Shown: positions 30,368-43,920, counted from the stretch's first letter. The stretch: 64,000 bases of DNA from an uncultured delta proteobacterium (GCA_963766715.1 CAVYBH010000002.1:32001-96000); one strand, 5' to 3'. A program made the numbers and translations. Notes: a model not told the origin generated them from the sequence alone.

Positions 30368-32446
30368 GTGGGAATCAAGCATTCGACGAGGCTTCTCGCC
30401 GCAGTCATCGCGTTCGTCGGCGTGGCGGGGTCGACCGTCGGTTGCTCCAGCGGCGGCGGCGCCAGCAAGACTCCGACCTACCCGATCGACTCCACCGTCG
30501 CGAAGACGACCGCCCGGGTGCTCCGGTTCCCCGTGCCCGTGCAGCCAACCGGCCCCGGCTCGACCACCGGCCTCTACAAGACCGAGCTCGACCAGGTCGG
30601 GAACTACGGCCGCTTCGACCCGCCGTACGGCGCCTGGACCTACAGCTCCGAGGGCCTTCCGGTGGTCCAGCGGACCGACCTGATGCCGGCCCACTTCATC
30701 CCGGGCTCGCTCCCCCGGATCCAGCACTTCGCGAGCTTCTTCGCCATCACGGACATCCACGTCACCGACAAGGAGGCGCCGAACCAGTTCATCTACCTCC
30801 AGCAGGAGAACGCGACGTTCTCCGGCAGCAACACCTCCATCTACTCGCCAGTCATGCCCTACACGACGCACGTCCTCGACGCGGCCATCCAGACGGTGAA
30901 CGCGCTCCACGCCCAGGCGCCCTTCGACTTCGGACTGTCGCTCGGCGACGCGGCCAACAGCACGTCGCTGAACGAGCTCCGCTGGTACATCGACGTCATC
31001 GACGGCCAGTGGATCACCCCGAGCTCGGGCGCCCACCTCGGGGCCAGCACGGTCGACTTCCAGAAGCCGTACCAGGCGGCGGGGCTCGACAAGGCGATCC
31101 CCTTCTACCAGGCGCTCGGCAACCACGATCACTTCCAGATCGGCTCGTTTCCCGTCTACGCGGACCCGTCGCTCGGGCTCGCCGAGGCGTACGTGGCCGG
31201 CGCCGTCTGGGCGACTCCGGACATCCTCGTCCCCTGGCCTCCGAACTTCCCGAGGATCGCCAACATGGACAACCTCCGGAACCCGGCGCCTCCGGTGCCC
31301 TCCGCCCGGTACTACCAGGGCGTGATCGACGGCGGCTCGGCGACCGGCGCGATCACCGGCGCGGGACCTGTCGGATGGCTCGACGCCCCACCGCCGGTCG
31401 CGGCCGATCCCGCTCGCCGCTCCCTCCTCAAGACGGAGTGGATCCAGGAGTTCTTCGACACGACGTCCAACCCGGTCGGCCACGGCTTCGCGCTCGTCGA
31501 CCCCGATCAGCCGGAGGGCTTCGCCTGCTACAGCTTCCTGCCGGTTCCGGGCGTGCCGCTCAAGGTGATCGTCCTCGACGTCACGCAGTCGGAGACCGAC
31601 GGCTCGAAGGACATCCACGGACACGGGTACCTCGACGCGAACCGCTGGGCCTGGCTCCAGCGGGAGCTCGACGCCGGACAGGCCGCGAACCAGCTCATGG
31701 TCATCGCCGCCCACATCCCGATCGGCGTGTCGGGCGTGGCGAGCGGCATGGAATGGTGGGACTCCGCCGCGGACCCGGACGTGAGGCCCGAGGCGCAGAA
31801 CGCGGTGTCCCTGACGGAGCTGGTCGCGAAGCTCCAGGCCACGCCGAACTTCCTGGTGTGGCTCGCCGGGCACCGCCATTTCAACGTCGTGAAGGCCTTC
31901 CCCCCGGTGGACCCCGGCGAGCGCGAGAGCGCGCCCTGGAAGGGGTTCTGGCAGGTGGAGACCTCCTCGCTGCGCGACTTCCCCCAGCAGTTCCGCACCT
32001 TCGAGGTCTTCCTGAACGGCGACTACTCCGTGTCGATCGTCACCACCAACGTCGACCCGGCGGTCCGGGCAGGGACGCCGGCCGCGACCTCGCGGGCCTA
32101 TTCGGTCGCGGCCCAGCAGATCGTCCAGAACGACCTCGTCGCGAACAACGTCAACCAGTCGATGATCGACAAGGCGCCCTTCGACGCTCCACCGACCTAC
32201 TACCCGCCGGCCTACGCTCCCATCCCGACGATGGATCCGACCCGGCCGCAGATGCCCGCGGGCTGCTACGTTCCCGTCCCGCCGGCCAGCCTGAACTGCA
32301 TCCAGTCCCTCTACCAGGACCCGAGCATCCAGGTTGGGGCGGTCCCGGGCGTTCCCTACGTCGCCTCGTACAACGCCGAGCTCTTCAAGCAGCTCAGCCC
32401 GGCCATGGAGAGCTATCTCCGGACGAGGTATCCGCCCCCGCGCTGA
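30368..32446 (+). CDS. Metallophosphoesterase lipoprotein (TIGR03768-like)
   Basis: Lipobox TVGC; TDIHVTDKE, LGDAAN...ELRWYIDVIDG, GNHDH, AAHIP, AGHRH, VETSSLRDFPQQFR. Confidence 0.85.
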   Translation: MGIKHSTRLLAAVIAFVGVAGSTVGCSSGGGASKTPTYPIDSTVAKTTARVLRFPVPVQPTGPGSTTGLYKTELDQVGNYGRFDPPYGAWTYSSEGLPVVQRTDLMPAHFIPGSLPRIQHFASFFAITDIHVTDKEAPNQFIYLQQENATFSGSNTSIYSPVMPYTTHVLDAAIQTVNALHAQAPFDFGLSLGDAANSTSLNELRWYIDVIDGQWITPSSGAHLGASTVDFQKPYQAAGLDKAIPFYQALGNHDHFQIGSFPVYADPSLGLAEAYVAGAVWATPDILVPWPPNFPRIANMDNLRNPAPPVPSARYYQGVIDGGSATGAITGAGPVGWLDAPPPVAADPARRSLLKTEWIQEFFDTTSNPVGHGFALVDPDQPEGFACYSFLPVPGVPLKVIVLDVTQSETDGSKDIHGHGYLDANRWAWLQRELDAGQAANQLMVIAAHIPIGVSGVASGMEWWDSAADPDVRPEAQNAVSLTELVAKLQATPNFLVWLAGHRHFNVVKAFPPVDPGERESAPWKGFWQVETSSLRDFPQQFRTFEVFLNGDYSVSIVTTNVDPAVRAGTPAATSRAYSVAAQQIVQNDLVANNVNQSMIDKAPFDAPPTYYPPAYAPIPTMDPTRPQMPAGCYVPVPPASLNCIQSLYQDPSIQVGAVPGVPYVASYNAELFKQLSPAMESYLRTRYPPPR

Positions 32447-32466
32447 TGGGGTCGATGGGGCGACCC

Positions 32467-32534
32467 GGAGGCGTACCCCGGGCTCGCACCCTCCCGGTGG
32501 TCGCGGGGCAGGTCGGCGGGAGAAGAAAGCCTGA
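32467..32534 (+). repeat. Copy 3: conserved arm plus degenerate PP2C 3'-end copy
   Basis: GGAGGCGTACCCCGG-gctcg-CACCC then TCCCGGTGGTCGCGGGGCAGGTCGGCGGG-AGAAGAAAGCCTGA, 33/44 to copy 1, still encoding EKKA*. Confidence 0.8.
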
Positions 32535-32688
32535 CGCTCCGCGTCGAGCCCGGGTGTTCCCCTATCGGTCCCCGACACGCCCGACATCCTTCCGGGACGT
32601 TCGGCGTGCGGGGGGAGGGATATCGAGCTATACCCCCGCCACTACTGGGAACCTACGCGTCGCGAAGGCGCCCACATGCCAGAGTTCG

Positions 32689-32718
32689 TTGACACTCCCC
32701 GAGGGGCTCTGGTACCCG
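32689..32718 (+). promoter_or_regulatory. Candidate sigma70 promoter upstream of M23-secA
   Basis: Consensus TTGACA, 18-nt spacer, weak -10 (TACCCG). Confidence 0.35.
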
Positions 32719-32788
32719 TTGGCCGTCCGGGTGGCAGGGGACAAGGTTTTCCGACCCGTTTCTCCGAGCGAAGCCAGACCCTCCAAGA

Positions 32789-33700
32789 ATGCCCACGACC
32801 CCCGACAACCGCCAGTACACCCTGATCGTGGTCAGCGACCACTCGCAGGCGGTGCGGAAGTTCCGCCTGCCGCGTCGCTGGCTGAAGAAGGGCGCCATCG
32901 GGGCGGCGGTGGTCCTGGTCTTCGGGCTCGTCACGGTGACCCACTACTTCACGCTCCTGTCGGCCGCCTCCGAGAACCGGGTGCTGACCGAGGAGAACGC
33001 CCAGCTCCGGTCGCAGGTGCTGCTCGTCCAGGAGAAGGTGGCCCACGTCCAGGCGACGCTCGACCGGGTCGAGCGCTTCGACGCCAAGCTCCGCAGCGCC
33101 GTCACGCACCTCCAGGACCCGGAGCGCAACCTGGCCATCGGCCCCCTGGGCGCTCCCGAGGCGGCCCCGCCGGCCCCCGCGACCGCCGCGCGCGAGAATC
33201 CGGCCGCGCTTCCCGGGCGCATCGCGTCCCTCGAGAACGAGGCCCATCGGCAGGAAGCCAGCCTCCGCGAGCTCTCCGAGTACTTCGAGGACCAGAAGTC
33301 CATGCTGGCGTCCACCCCGTCCATCTGGCCCACGCAGGGCTGGGTGACGAGCGACTTCGGCGTCCGCCTCGACCCCTACAACGCCGACCGCTCCATGCAC
33401 CAGGGGCTCGACATCTCCACGCCGCACGGACAGTCGGTCATGACCCCGTCCGACGGCACGGTCGTCTTCAACGGCACCGAGGGCGGCTACGGCAAGGTCC
33501 TCGTGATCGACCACGGCTACGGCGTGAAGACCCGCTACGGCCACCTCTCCGAGACCTTCGTCCGGCTCGGGGAGCGCGTGGCGCGCGGCCAGAAGGTGGC
33601 CGCCGTGGGCAATACCGGCCGCTCCACCGGGCCCCACCTCCACTACGAGGTGCGCGTGAACGGAATCCCCGAGAACCCCAGGAAGTTCATCCTGGAGTGA
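32789..33700 (+). CDS. M23-family peptidoglycan endopeptidase
   Basis: TM + coiled coil; [29 protein letters not shown]. Confidence 0.93.
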   Translation: MPTTPDNRQYTLIVVSDHSQAVRKFRLPRRWLKKGAIGAAVVLVFGLVTVTHYFTLLSAASENRVLTEENAQLRSQVLLVQEKVAHVQATLDRVERFDAKLRSAVTHLQDPERNLAIGPLGAPEAAPPAPATAARENPAALPGRIASLENEAHRQEASLRELSEYFEDQKSMLASTPSIWPTQGWVTSDFGVRLDPYNADRSMHQGLDISTPHGQSVMTPSDGTVVFNGTEGGYGKVLVIDHGYGVKTRYGHLSETFVRLGERVARGQKVAAVGNTGRSTGPHLHYEVRVNGIPENPRKFILE

Positions 33701-33845
33701 TGGGCCCGAGGCGGGGCGTCCGTCCCGCCCATTTGCTTTTGGCTGGCGCGGTGTTAGCTCGGAGAGTAGCCTCCGCGCGCCGTCGCCGAGTGCTTCGCGC
33801 CGCGCCTGCGGACCCCCCGTCCGCCGCTCCGCCAACGAGGAAACG

Positions 33846-36669
<2,824 letters not shown>

Positions 36670-36689
36670 CGGCCCCGGGGGCGCGGGGA

Positions 36690-37244
36690 TCAGGCCCCCT
36701 CGCGCTCCGGGTGGAAGGCGAGCTCGGGCTGCGGCGGGAGGTTCAGGATCTCCTCCGGGCAGAGCTCGACCAGGAAGTCGATCAGGTCCCGGGTGGTGAT
36801 CATCCCCACCGGGACGGCCTGGTCGTCGACCACCGGCACGTGGCGGAAGCGCCCCACCGACATCTTCTGGAGCGCGTAGGCCACGCTGTCCTTGGGACGG
36901 AGCCGCTCCGGGTCCCGGCTCATCACCTTCTTCAGCGGGAGGCGCGAGAGCCCGCGGGTGGTCCCCGAGCGCAGCAGGAAGTCGCGCTCCGTGAAGATCC
37001 CGACCAGGCGCCGAGGCTTGCGGGCCTCGACCACCATCACCGCCGAGACCTTCTTCTTCGCCATCGTCTCCACGGCGCGGCCGACCGTGACCTCCGTCGA
37101 CAGGCTCACCGGCGCCGTGCGGCGCATGACCTCCGCCACCCGCGTGAGCAGCAGCATGCGCCCCACGTCGGTGTGCCGGCCGACCTCCGGCTCCTCCTCG
37201 TCGCCTTCGAGAACCTCCACATCCTCGTACTCGGTGCTGGCCAT
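36690..37244 (-). CDS. CBS-domain protein
   Basis: [21 protein letters not shown]. Confidence 0.88.
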   Translation of the reverse strand: MASTEYEDVEVLEGDEEEPEVGRHTDVGRMLLLTRVAEVMRRTAPVSLSTEVTVGRAVETMAKKKVSAVMVVEARKPRRLVGIFTERDFLLRSGTTRGLSRLPLKKVMSRDPERLRPKDSVAYALQKMSVGRFRHVPVVDDQAVPVGMITTRDLIDFLVELCPEEILNLPPQPELAFHPEREGA

Positions 37245-37388
37245 CGTGTTCCTCCCCTGCCGCTCCAGGCGGTGGATCGATTGCCTCACCGCGGCGGGCA
37301 CGAGGCCAGATCCCATGCGGGGAGACCCCAGGGCGGTCGCCACCTCCGGGGCGCCCCGGAGAGGGCGGCGGCGGCCGGCGGAGGTGCT

Positions 37389-38309
37389 ATGACACGGGAC
37401 ATGCGGGTGCCCGCGCCGTTCGACCTCGAGCGAGTGGTTCGCAGTCACGGCTGGTACGACCTCGCCCCCTGGGGCTGGGACCCGGTCCGCCGGGTCCTCT
37501 CCCGGCCGCTCCTGCTCCCGGGCGGCCGCGTGGTCCAGGCGGAGGTGGCGGAGGCCGGACCGGCCGAGCTGGCGCTTCGGGTGACCGCACGGGGCAGGGT
37601 CGGCGTCGCGGTCGCGGCCGAGGCTCGCCGCGCCATGCGGAGCGCGCTCGCCCTGGACGAGGATCTGGAGCCGTTTCGCGTCCGCGCGAGGCAGGTCGAG
37701 GGGGAGGCCGGTGCCCGCCCGGTGCAGGCCGCGCTCGACCGGGGGCTGGGGCGGCTCCTGCGCTCCCCCACCGTCTTCGAGGACGCGGTGAAGACCCTCT
37801 GCACCACCAACTGCTCCTGGGCGCTCACCCGGAGCATGGTGTCCCGCCTGGTGGAGGAACTGGGGGAGGAGGGCCCGGCGGGTCGCGCCTTTCCGTCCGC
37901 CGCGGCCATGGCGTCGCGGAGCGAGCGCTACTACCGGGAGCGGATCCGGGCCGGCTACCGCGCGCCGTACCTCCGCGCGCTGGCCCGGGCGGCGGCGTCG
38001 GGCCGGCTCGACGTCGAGGGCTGGCGGGATCCGGCCATCCCGCCGGAGGAGCTCGAGAAGCGCATCCGCGCGCTGCCGGGATTCGGGCCGTACGCCACCG
38101 AGCACCTCATGCGGCTCCTCGGGCGGCACGCGGGGCTCGCCCTCGATTCCTGGACGCGCCGGAAGATCGCGGAGGGGAGGGGGCGCCGCCGCGTCCCCGC
38201 CGACGCGACGTTCGGCAGGTGGTTCGCCCCCTGGGGCGAATGGGCGGGGCTCGCGATGTGGCTGGAGGCGACCGCCGACTGGCACGGCGACGCACCCGCC
38301 TGGCCGTGA
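37389..38309 (+). CDS. HhH-GPD-family DNA glycosylase (AlkA/OGG1-like)
   Basis: [44 protein letters not shown]. Confidence 0.8.
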   Translation: MTRDMRVPAPFDLERVVRSHGWYDLAPWGWDPVRRVLSRPLLLPGGRVVQAEVAEAGPAELALRVTARGRVGVAVAAEARRAMRSALALDEDLEPFRVRARQVEGEAGARPVQAALDRGLGRLLRSPTVFEDAVKTLCTTNCSWALTRSMVSRLVEELGEEGPAGRAFPSAAAMASRSERYYRERIRAGYRAPYLRALARAAASGRLDVEGWRDPAIPPEELEKRIRALPGFGPYATEHLMRLLGRHAGLALDSWTRRKIAEGRGRRRVPADATFGRWFAPWGEWAGLAMWLEATADWHGDAPAWP

Positions 38310-38321
38310 TAGGGAGATCGC

Positions 38322-38570
38322 ATGCGATTCGCGTTCGTGCTGCTGCGCGTGGAACCGGGCCGACTCGAGCAGGTGGCCAACGCCGTCATGGAGATCGACG
38401 GCGTCTCCGAGGTCCACTCGGTGACCGGTCCGTTCGACCTGCTGGTGAAGCTGTACGCCCCGAGCTACGACGATTTCGGCGACCTGATCCCGGACCGGCT
38501 GCAGAAGGTGCCGGGGATCCGCGACACCGAGACCCTGCTCGCCTTCCGGGCCTTCAAGGCTTCGGCCTGA
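38322..38570 (+). CDS. Lrp/AsnC ligand-binding domain protein
   Basis: GVSEVHSVTGPFDLLVK...GIRDTETL. Confidence 0.88.
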   Translation: MRFAFVLLRVEPGRLEQVANAVMEIDGVSEVHSVTGPFDLLVKLYAPSYDDFGDLIPDRLQKVPGIRDTETLLAFRAFKASA

Positions 38571-38877
38571 CGCGCCCGCGGAACCAGGCGATCGCCGACG
38601 CCACCGTGGCGATGGCCAGGACGGGCCAGACGACCAGGAGATCGACCCGGATGGGCGCGGTCACGGACCGCTCCCAGGCCCGCATCCGCAGCTCGTAGGC
38701 GGCGTAGGCCAGCCACAGGACCGCCGTTCCCGCCGGCCAGAGGAAGGCCGGTGCGTGGCGGGGGCGCGCGCGGACCGCGAAGGCCATCGCTGCGAGCGCC
38801 GCGGCCGGGAGGAGCGCGAGCCCGGGCCGGTCGTGGAGGACGCGGGCGGGCAGGAAGAGGACCTGGAGGAACTCCAC
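38554..38877 (-). CDS. Small membrane hypothetical protein
   Basis: Three hydrophobic segments; WLAYAAYE...PIRVDLL. Confidence 0.55.
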   Translation of the reverse strand: MEFLQVLFLPARVLHDRPGLALLPAAALAAMAFAVRARPRHAPAFLWPAGTAVLWLAYAAYELRMRAWERSVTAPIRVDLLVVWPVLAIATVASAIAWFRGRVRPKP

Positions 38878-38878
38878 G

Positions 38879-39913
38879 TCACCACTCGTGCCAGGCGTGC
38901 ACCGTCGCGACCAGGAAGGCGAGGGTGAGCGGACCCGCCACCAGCCCCACCGGGCCGAACGCGGCGAGCCCTCCGAGCAGCGCGAAGAACACCAGCCCCA
39001 GCGGGAAGGAGACGCCGCGCCGGATCAGCATCGGCTTCACGAGGTTGTCGGCCATCCCGATCACCAGCACGCCCCAGGCGAGGAGGAAGGTCCCCGAGAC
39101 GTTGTGGCCGCCCCCGAACCGGAGGATGGCCAGCGGGAGCCACACGAGCATCGTGCCCACGGCCGGGACGAAGGACGTGAAGAAGGTGAGGAGCGCGAAG
39201 AAGAGGGCGGATGGGACGCCCGCGAGGAGGTAGCCCACGAGCGCGAACACCGCCTGCACGCCCGAGGTGGCGAGGGTCGACACCACCACCGAGGTGGTGA
39301 CGGTGCGGAGGTAGCCGAAGAGCACGGCCGTCTTGCCCTCCGGCAGCGGCAGCATCTCCTTCAGCCAGTCCACCAGCTTGGGACCGTCGGCGAGCAGGAA
39401 GAAGAGGGCCACGAAGAAGAGCAGGAGCTGCGAGAGGGCCGAGCCGGTGGCCTGGAGGACGCCGCCCACCGTGGCGAAGGTCCCGCTCCCCAGCGCCGTC
39501 TCGACCACGGACTGGATCTCCTGGGCGCCGTTCGGGATCCGCTCGGCGAGGCGCTGGGCCAGGGGCTGGATCGAATCGGGAAGGCGGGCGACGAGCCCCA
39601 GGAGCCCCTCGTGGCGGACGGCGCGGGTGAGCCACCCGACGGCCTCGGCCGCCTGTCCGACCACCATGGTGGCCATGGCCGCCATCGGTCCGACGAGCGC
39701 CAGCAGGAGCCCCAGCGTGAGGATCGCCGCGGCGGATCCCCGCCGGTCGCCCAGGCGGTGGGCGAGCCGGACGGTCAGGGGAGAGATCACGGTGGCCACC
39801 ACCGCGGCCATGAAGATCACGCTGGCGAACGGGCGCACCACGAGCCACGCCAGCCAGACGGCCAGCGCGGTGAGCAGGAGCAGGAAGTGCTGGGGATCGA
39901 AGCGGAAGCGCAC
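38879..39913 (-). CDS. AI-2E family transporter
   Basis: Multi-TM; FFLLADG, FVPAVGT, DNLVKPMLI, GGLAAFGPVGLVAGP. Confidence 0.9.
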   Translation of the reverse strand: MRFRFDPQHFLLLLTALAVWLAWLVVRPFASVIFMAAVVATVISPLTVRLAHRLGDRRGSAAAILTLGLLLALVGPMAAMATMVVGQAAEAVGWLTRAVRHEGLLGLVARLPDSIQPLAQRLAERIPNGAQEIQSVVETALGSGTFATVGGVLQATGSALSQLLLFFVALFFLLADGPKLVDWLKEMLPLPEGKTAVLFGYLRTVTTSVVVSTLATSGVQAVFALVGYLLAGVPSALFFALLTFFTSFVPAVGTMLVWLPLAILRFGGGHNVSGTFLLAWGVLVIGMADNLVKPMLIRRGVSFPLGLVFFALLGGLAAFGPVGLVAGPLTLAFLVATVHAWHEW

Positions 39914-39933
39914 GGGACCCTCCCGGGCCGGCT

Positions 39934-40644
39934 CTAGAAGTTCAGGTGGACCCGCTCCGGCGGGAACGCCGGCTTCCTTCAGCGTGCTCTTCACGTCGTT
40001 CACCATGGCGGTCATGCCGCACACGTAGGCCTCGCTCCCGGCCGGGTCGGAGCCGCCCAGCCCGAGCGCGCGGGCGACCTCCTGCACGCGACCCCGGACG
40101 CCGGGCCAGGCCTCGTCGGCGCTGGACGGGCAGAGCACGACGCGCACGCCGTGCCGCTCCCAGTCGAGGTGCTCGGCGCGGTAGGCGAAGTCGGCGCCGC
40201 GCCGCTGGCCGTAGAAGAGGGTCACGCGGCGGAAGAGATCCCGGTGCGCGATCACGTGCTGGACGAGCGCCCGGATGGGCGCGACGCCCGGAGCCGGCCG
40301 CGAAGAGCAGGAGGTCGCGCCCCTCGGCGCCCGCGAGCGGGAAGCCCTTGCCGAACGGGGCGCTCACCTCGACGGTCGAGCCGGGCTGCGCAGCCGCGAT
40401 CACCTCGTCGGCGATCTTCCCGCCGCGCTTCACGAGCAGGTCGGCCGATCCGTCCGGCGCCGGCGCGCTCGCCAGCGCGAAGTAGGCCTCGCCCGACGGG
40501 GCGCGGATCTTCACCACCTGTCCGGGAACGCCGTGGCTCGCCCGAGAGGGGGCCGAGGGCGACCCGGATGGAGCGAAAGGACGGGGTCTCATCCCCGGCG
40601 CCGAGCACCGGCACCGCCTGGTACGTCGTGGTCGAGTGGGGCAT
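39934..40644 (-). CDS. FNR-like FAD/NAD(P)-binding oxidoreductase (frameshifted)
   Basis: PGQVV, YFALAS, APFGKGF, FAAGSG, LFYGQR, AYVCG, terminal HLNF. Confidence 0.8.
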
Positions 40645-40654
40645 TCGCTCCAAT

Positions 40655-41868
40655 CTAGCAAGAAGGGGGTTCCCATCCCACGGCCGCCTCGGGGGGCCAG
40701 TCCCGCTCCCGGACGCAGCCTCGGCGAAGCTCGTCGAGCGGGTAGCGGGTTCCCCGCCACACGATGCCTCCGCGGGCGGTGGTGACGAGCGCGCTCGTGA
40801 GCACCACGGCGGCGAGCGCCGGGCCGGTGAAGGGCACGAGGACTCCCTCCAGGCCGCTGCCGCCCCCGAAGCGCCGGGCCACCGTCCCGACCACGCCGGC
40901 GGCGAGCGCCCAGCCGGCCAGCCCCACCAGCCGGGCCGAGGCCTCCGGAGCGAGGAGCGCGGCGAGCGGGGGGCCGAGGGAGGTGGCGAGGAGCGCCCCG
41001 GCCGCGGCGAGCGCCACGCTCCAGCGGTACTCGGCGCCGGCGAAGGCGTTCTTCACGAGCCCGAGCCAGGAGGCGGCGAAGCCGAAGTTCCACCGGACCG
41101 ACACGAGCCCCCCGGAGTCGACCGCGCCCTGGCGCACGCCGCTGCGCCGCAGGACGATGCCCAGCTTCACGTCGTCCACCGCCTCGAGCCGGAGCCTCGC
41201 ATGGCCGCCGGTCCGGAGGTACTCGGCGCGGCGGACCAGGTTGAAGGCGCCGATCCCGATGTAGGCGCGACGTCCCCGCGAGGCGAAGCTCCCAGGTGCG
41301 GAAGACCGGATTCGTGAGCGCCGCGAAGGTGGAGACGAAGGCGCGCTCCACGAAACCGGGGGCCAGGAGCCGAGGGAGCGCCACCAGGTGGCCGAGCCTT
41401 CTCGCCTCCGCGTAGGCCACCGCCCGGCGCAGCGCGCCGGGGGCGAAGACCACGTCCCCGTCGGTGAACAGGATCCACCCGTCGGGCGCGGCGCCGGCCC
41501 CGGCGGCGCAGGCGTGGTTCTTCCCGAGCCATCCCGCGGGGAGCTCGCGGAGGTGGAGCACCGAGAGGCGCGGGTCGGCGGTCGAGAGCCGGTCGAGGAT
41601 CTCGCCGGTGCCGTCGACCGAGCGATCGTCGACGGCGACCACGCGCAGCCCGGCGTAGTCCTGGGCGAGGAGCGACCGGACCGCCGCCTCGATCCCCAGG
41701 ACCTCGTCGCGGGCGGGGACCACCACCGTGAGCGCAGGCCAGCCGCCGGCCGGGGGGTCCGGCGCGCACGTCCGTCAGGCGATCGAGGCGCCGATCGGTC
41801 CGGATCCCGACCCAGGCCACGCGGAGCCAGGCCAGTGCGCCCGCCGCGGCGAGGACCAGCCAGGCCAC
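40655..41868 (-). CDS. Glycosyltransferase family 2 (membrane, HpnB/CrtQ-like), frameshifted
   Basis: VVVPARDE, VDDRSVDGT, GWLGKNHAC, FTDGD, GAFNLV, DDVKLG. Confidence 0.85.
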
Positions 41869-41870
41869 CG

Positions 41871-42398
41871 CTAGAACGTGACCAGCGTGTCGACCTTCTG
41901 GGTGCCGAGGCGCCGGGCGCCGTGGAGGAAGGAGAGCTCGACGACGAAGGAGTACCCGACCAGCTCGGCGCCCTGCCGGAGGACGAGCTTGCCGACCGCC
42001 TCGGCGGTGCCGCCGGTGGCGAGCAGGTCGTCGACGATGAGCACCCGTTCGCCGGGCCCGACCGCGTCGATGTGGAGCTCGAGGCCGTCCTGGCCGTACT
42101 CCAGCATGTACGTCTCGCGGATGGTCTCCCAGGGCAGCTTGCCCGGCTTGCGGGCGATGGAGAGCCCGGCGCCGAGCGCGTAGGCCAGCGGCGCCGCGAA
42201 GATGAAGCCGCGCGACTCGATGCCCACCACCTGGTCGATTCCCTTCGGCTTCCACCGGGTCACCAGCTCGTCGATCACCCGCCGGTAGACCGCGCCGTCC
42301 CCGAGGACGGGCGTGATGTCCTTGAAGACGATGCCCTTCTTCGGGAAGTCGGGCACGTCGCGGATGGTGCGGCGGAGGAGGTCGGCGATCGATTCCAT
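41871..42398 (-). CDS. apt: Adenine phosphoribosyltransferase
   Basis: [43 protein letters not shown]. Confidence 0.96.
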   Translation of the reverse strand: MESIADLLRRTIRDVPDFPKKGIVFKDITPVLGDGAVYRRVIDELVTRWKPKGIDQVVGIESRGFIFAAPLAYALGAGLSIARKPGKLPWETIRETYMLEYGQDGLELHIDAVGPGERVLIVDDLLATGGTAEAVGKLVLRQGAELVGYSFVVELSFLHGARRLGTQKVDTLVTF

Positions 42399-42414
42399 GG
42401 CGGCGGACTCTACC

Positions 42415-43165
42415 TCAGGGGAGGAAGGGAATGGGGTCGCGCGGCTTCGTTCCCTCGCGGACCTCGAAGTGCAGGTGGGGACCGGTGGTGCGGCCCGACT
42501 GGCCGACCTTGGCGATGGGCGTGCCGGTGTCGACCCGGTCCCCGTCCTTCACCAGGACCGCGCTGTTGTGGGCGTAGAGGGTGATGAGCGAGTCGGCGTG
42601 GCGCAGGATCACGATCACGCCGTAGCCGGACTGGGTGCCGGTGTAGATCACCTCGCCCGGCGCGGCGGCGCGCACCAGCGTCCCTTCCGGCGCGGAGAGG
42701 TCGATGCCGTCGTGCCGCTGCCCCTGCTTCACGCCGTAGCCGCGGTAGAGGACGCCCTGGAGCGGCCAGGCCATCTTCGCGCCGGGGTTGCGGCGCGGCA
42801 AGCGGAGGCTCGGGCTCCCGGGAGGCCGCCGAGCCGGCCGGCACGGAGGCCACGTCGACCGCGCGCGGCGCGCCGGGGACGAACAGCTCCTGCCCGGGGG
42901 CCAGCGTCTTCGGGTCGGAGATGCCGTTCGCGTCCATCAGCTCGCGAGGGTCGACGCCGTACGCCTTGGCGATGCGGTAGAGGGTCTCGCCCTTCTGCAC
43001 CACGTGGGTCGTCCCGACGAGGTCCGGCTCCACGTGCGGATCGGCGCTCGAGAGCGGGAAGGGGGGCTGGCGCTGGCCCGAGACCTCGGCCGGCGTGCGC
43101 TGCCGCGCGGCACATCCGGCAAGCGTCGCCAGGGCGAGCGCCCCGGCGACGAGGCGCCGCCTCAT
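42415..43165 (-). CDS. nlpD: LysM/M23 lipoprotein (NlpD-like), frameshift near 42800
   Basis: Lipobox [17 protein letters not shown]ysM; WPLQG, HDGIDL, LYAHN, HLHFEVR; follows surE. Confidence 0.8.
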
Positions 43166-43920
43166 GGGGCGGGCTCCTTGCGAAAGCCCGGCACGCTCCA
43201 GTCGCGCATCTCCTCCAGGAGCGTCTCGTGGGTGAGGTCGAGCTGGAGGGGGGTGATGGCCACGAGCCCCTCGTCGAAGACGGTGTTGCAGTCGGACCGG
43301 GGAACGTCGCGGTGGCTGGCGTCCCCGCCGATCCAGAAGTAGCGCTTCCCACGGGGGTCGACCTTCTCGATCACGTCGGCGCCGTAGGTCCGGTCCCCGA
43401 GCCGGGTGAAGCGATAGCCGAGCACCGGGCCGGCCGGCACGTTCACGTTGAAGAGCGTCGGGACGGGGGGCGGATCGGCGACGACGCGGCGCGCGAGCCC
43501 GGCCGCGAAGGCGGCCGCGTCCGTGAAGTCCTGCGGCGGGCGCGCAGCCAGCGAGACCGCGATCGAGTTCACCCCGAGCAGCGCCCCCTCCATGGCCGCG
43601 GCCACGGTGCCCGAGTAGAGGACGTCGTTGCCCAGGTTGGGCCCGTGGTTGACGCCGGAGAGGACGATGTCCGGGCGGCGTCCCCGCAGCACGTGGTTGA
43701 TCCCCATGTACACCGCGTCGGTGGGCGTGCCGTCGACGGAGTAGCGTCGGGGCCCGACCTCCACGAGCCGGAGCGGCCGGTGCAGCGAGATGGCGTGGCT
43801 GGAGGCCGACTGCTCCCGGTCGGGCGCGACGATCCAGACCTCGTCGTCCGGAAAGGCGGCGGCCAGCGTGGCCAGGCCGCGCGCGTCGACGCCGTCGTCG
43901 TTGGAGAGGAGGATCCGCAC
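43162..43920 (-). CDS. surE: 5'/3'-nucleotidase SurE
   Basis: ILLSNDDG, DGTPTD, SGVNHGPN, YSGTVAAAMEG, NVNVP, ITPL. Confidence 0.95.
   Translation of the reverse strand: MRILLSNDDGVDARGLATLAAAFPDDEVWIVAPDREQSASSHAISLHRPLRLVEVGPRRYSVDGTPTDAVYMGINHVLRGRRPDIVLSGVNHGPNLGNDVLYSGTVAAAMEGALLGVNSIAVSLAARPPQDFTDAAAFAAGLARRVVADPPPVPTLFNVNVPAGPVLGYRFTRLGDRTYGADVIEKVDPRGKRYFWIGGDASHRDVPRSDCNTVFDEGLVAITPLQLDLTHETLLEEMRDWSVPGFRKEPAP

Larger units (their letters stand above)
29088..32534. mobile_element. Putative integrase-less islet 2 (PanE-like + metallophosphoesterase)
   Basis: Flanked by repeat copies 2 and 3 (cores 3448 bp apart). Confidence 0.55.

Noticed and set aside
27196..32534. Diversity-generating retroelement (TR/VR at a gene 3' end)
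   Set aside because: No reverse transcriptase is visible, the repeats are short, and mismatches are not adenine-specific
27196..32534. CRISPR array or classical integron
   Set aside because: Spacing is kilobases, there are no cas or intI genes, and the repeat is coding sequence rather than an attC-type hairpin
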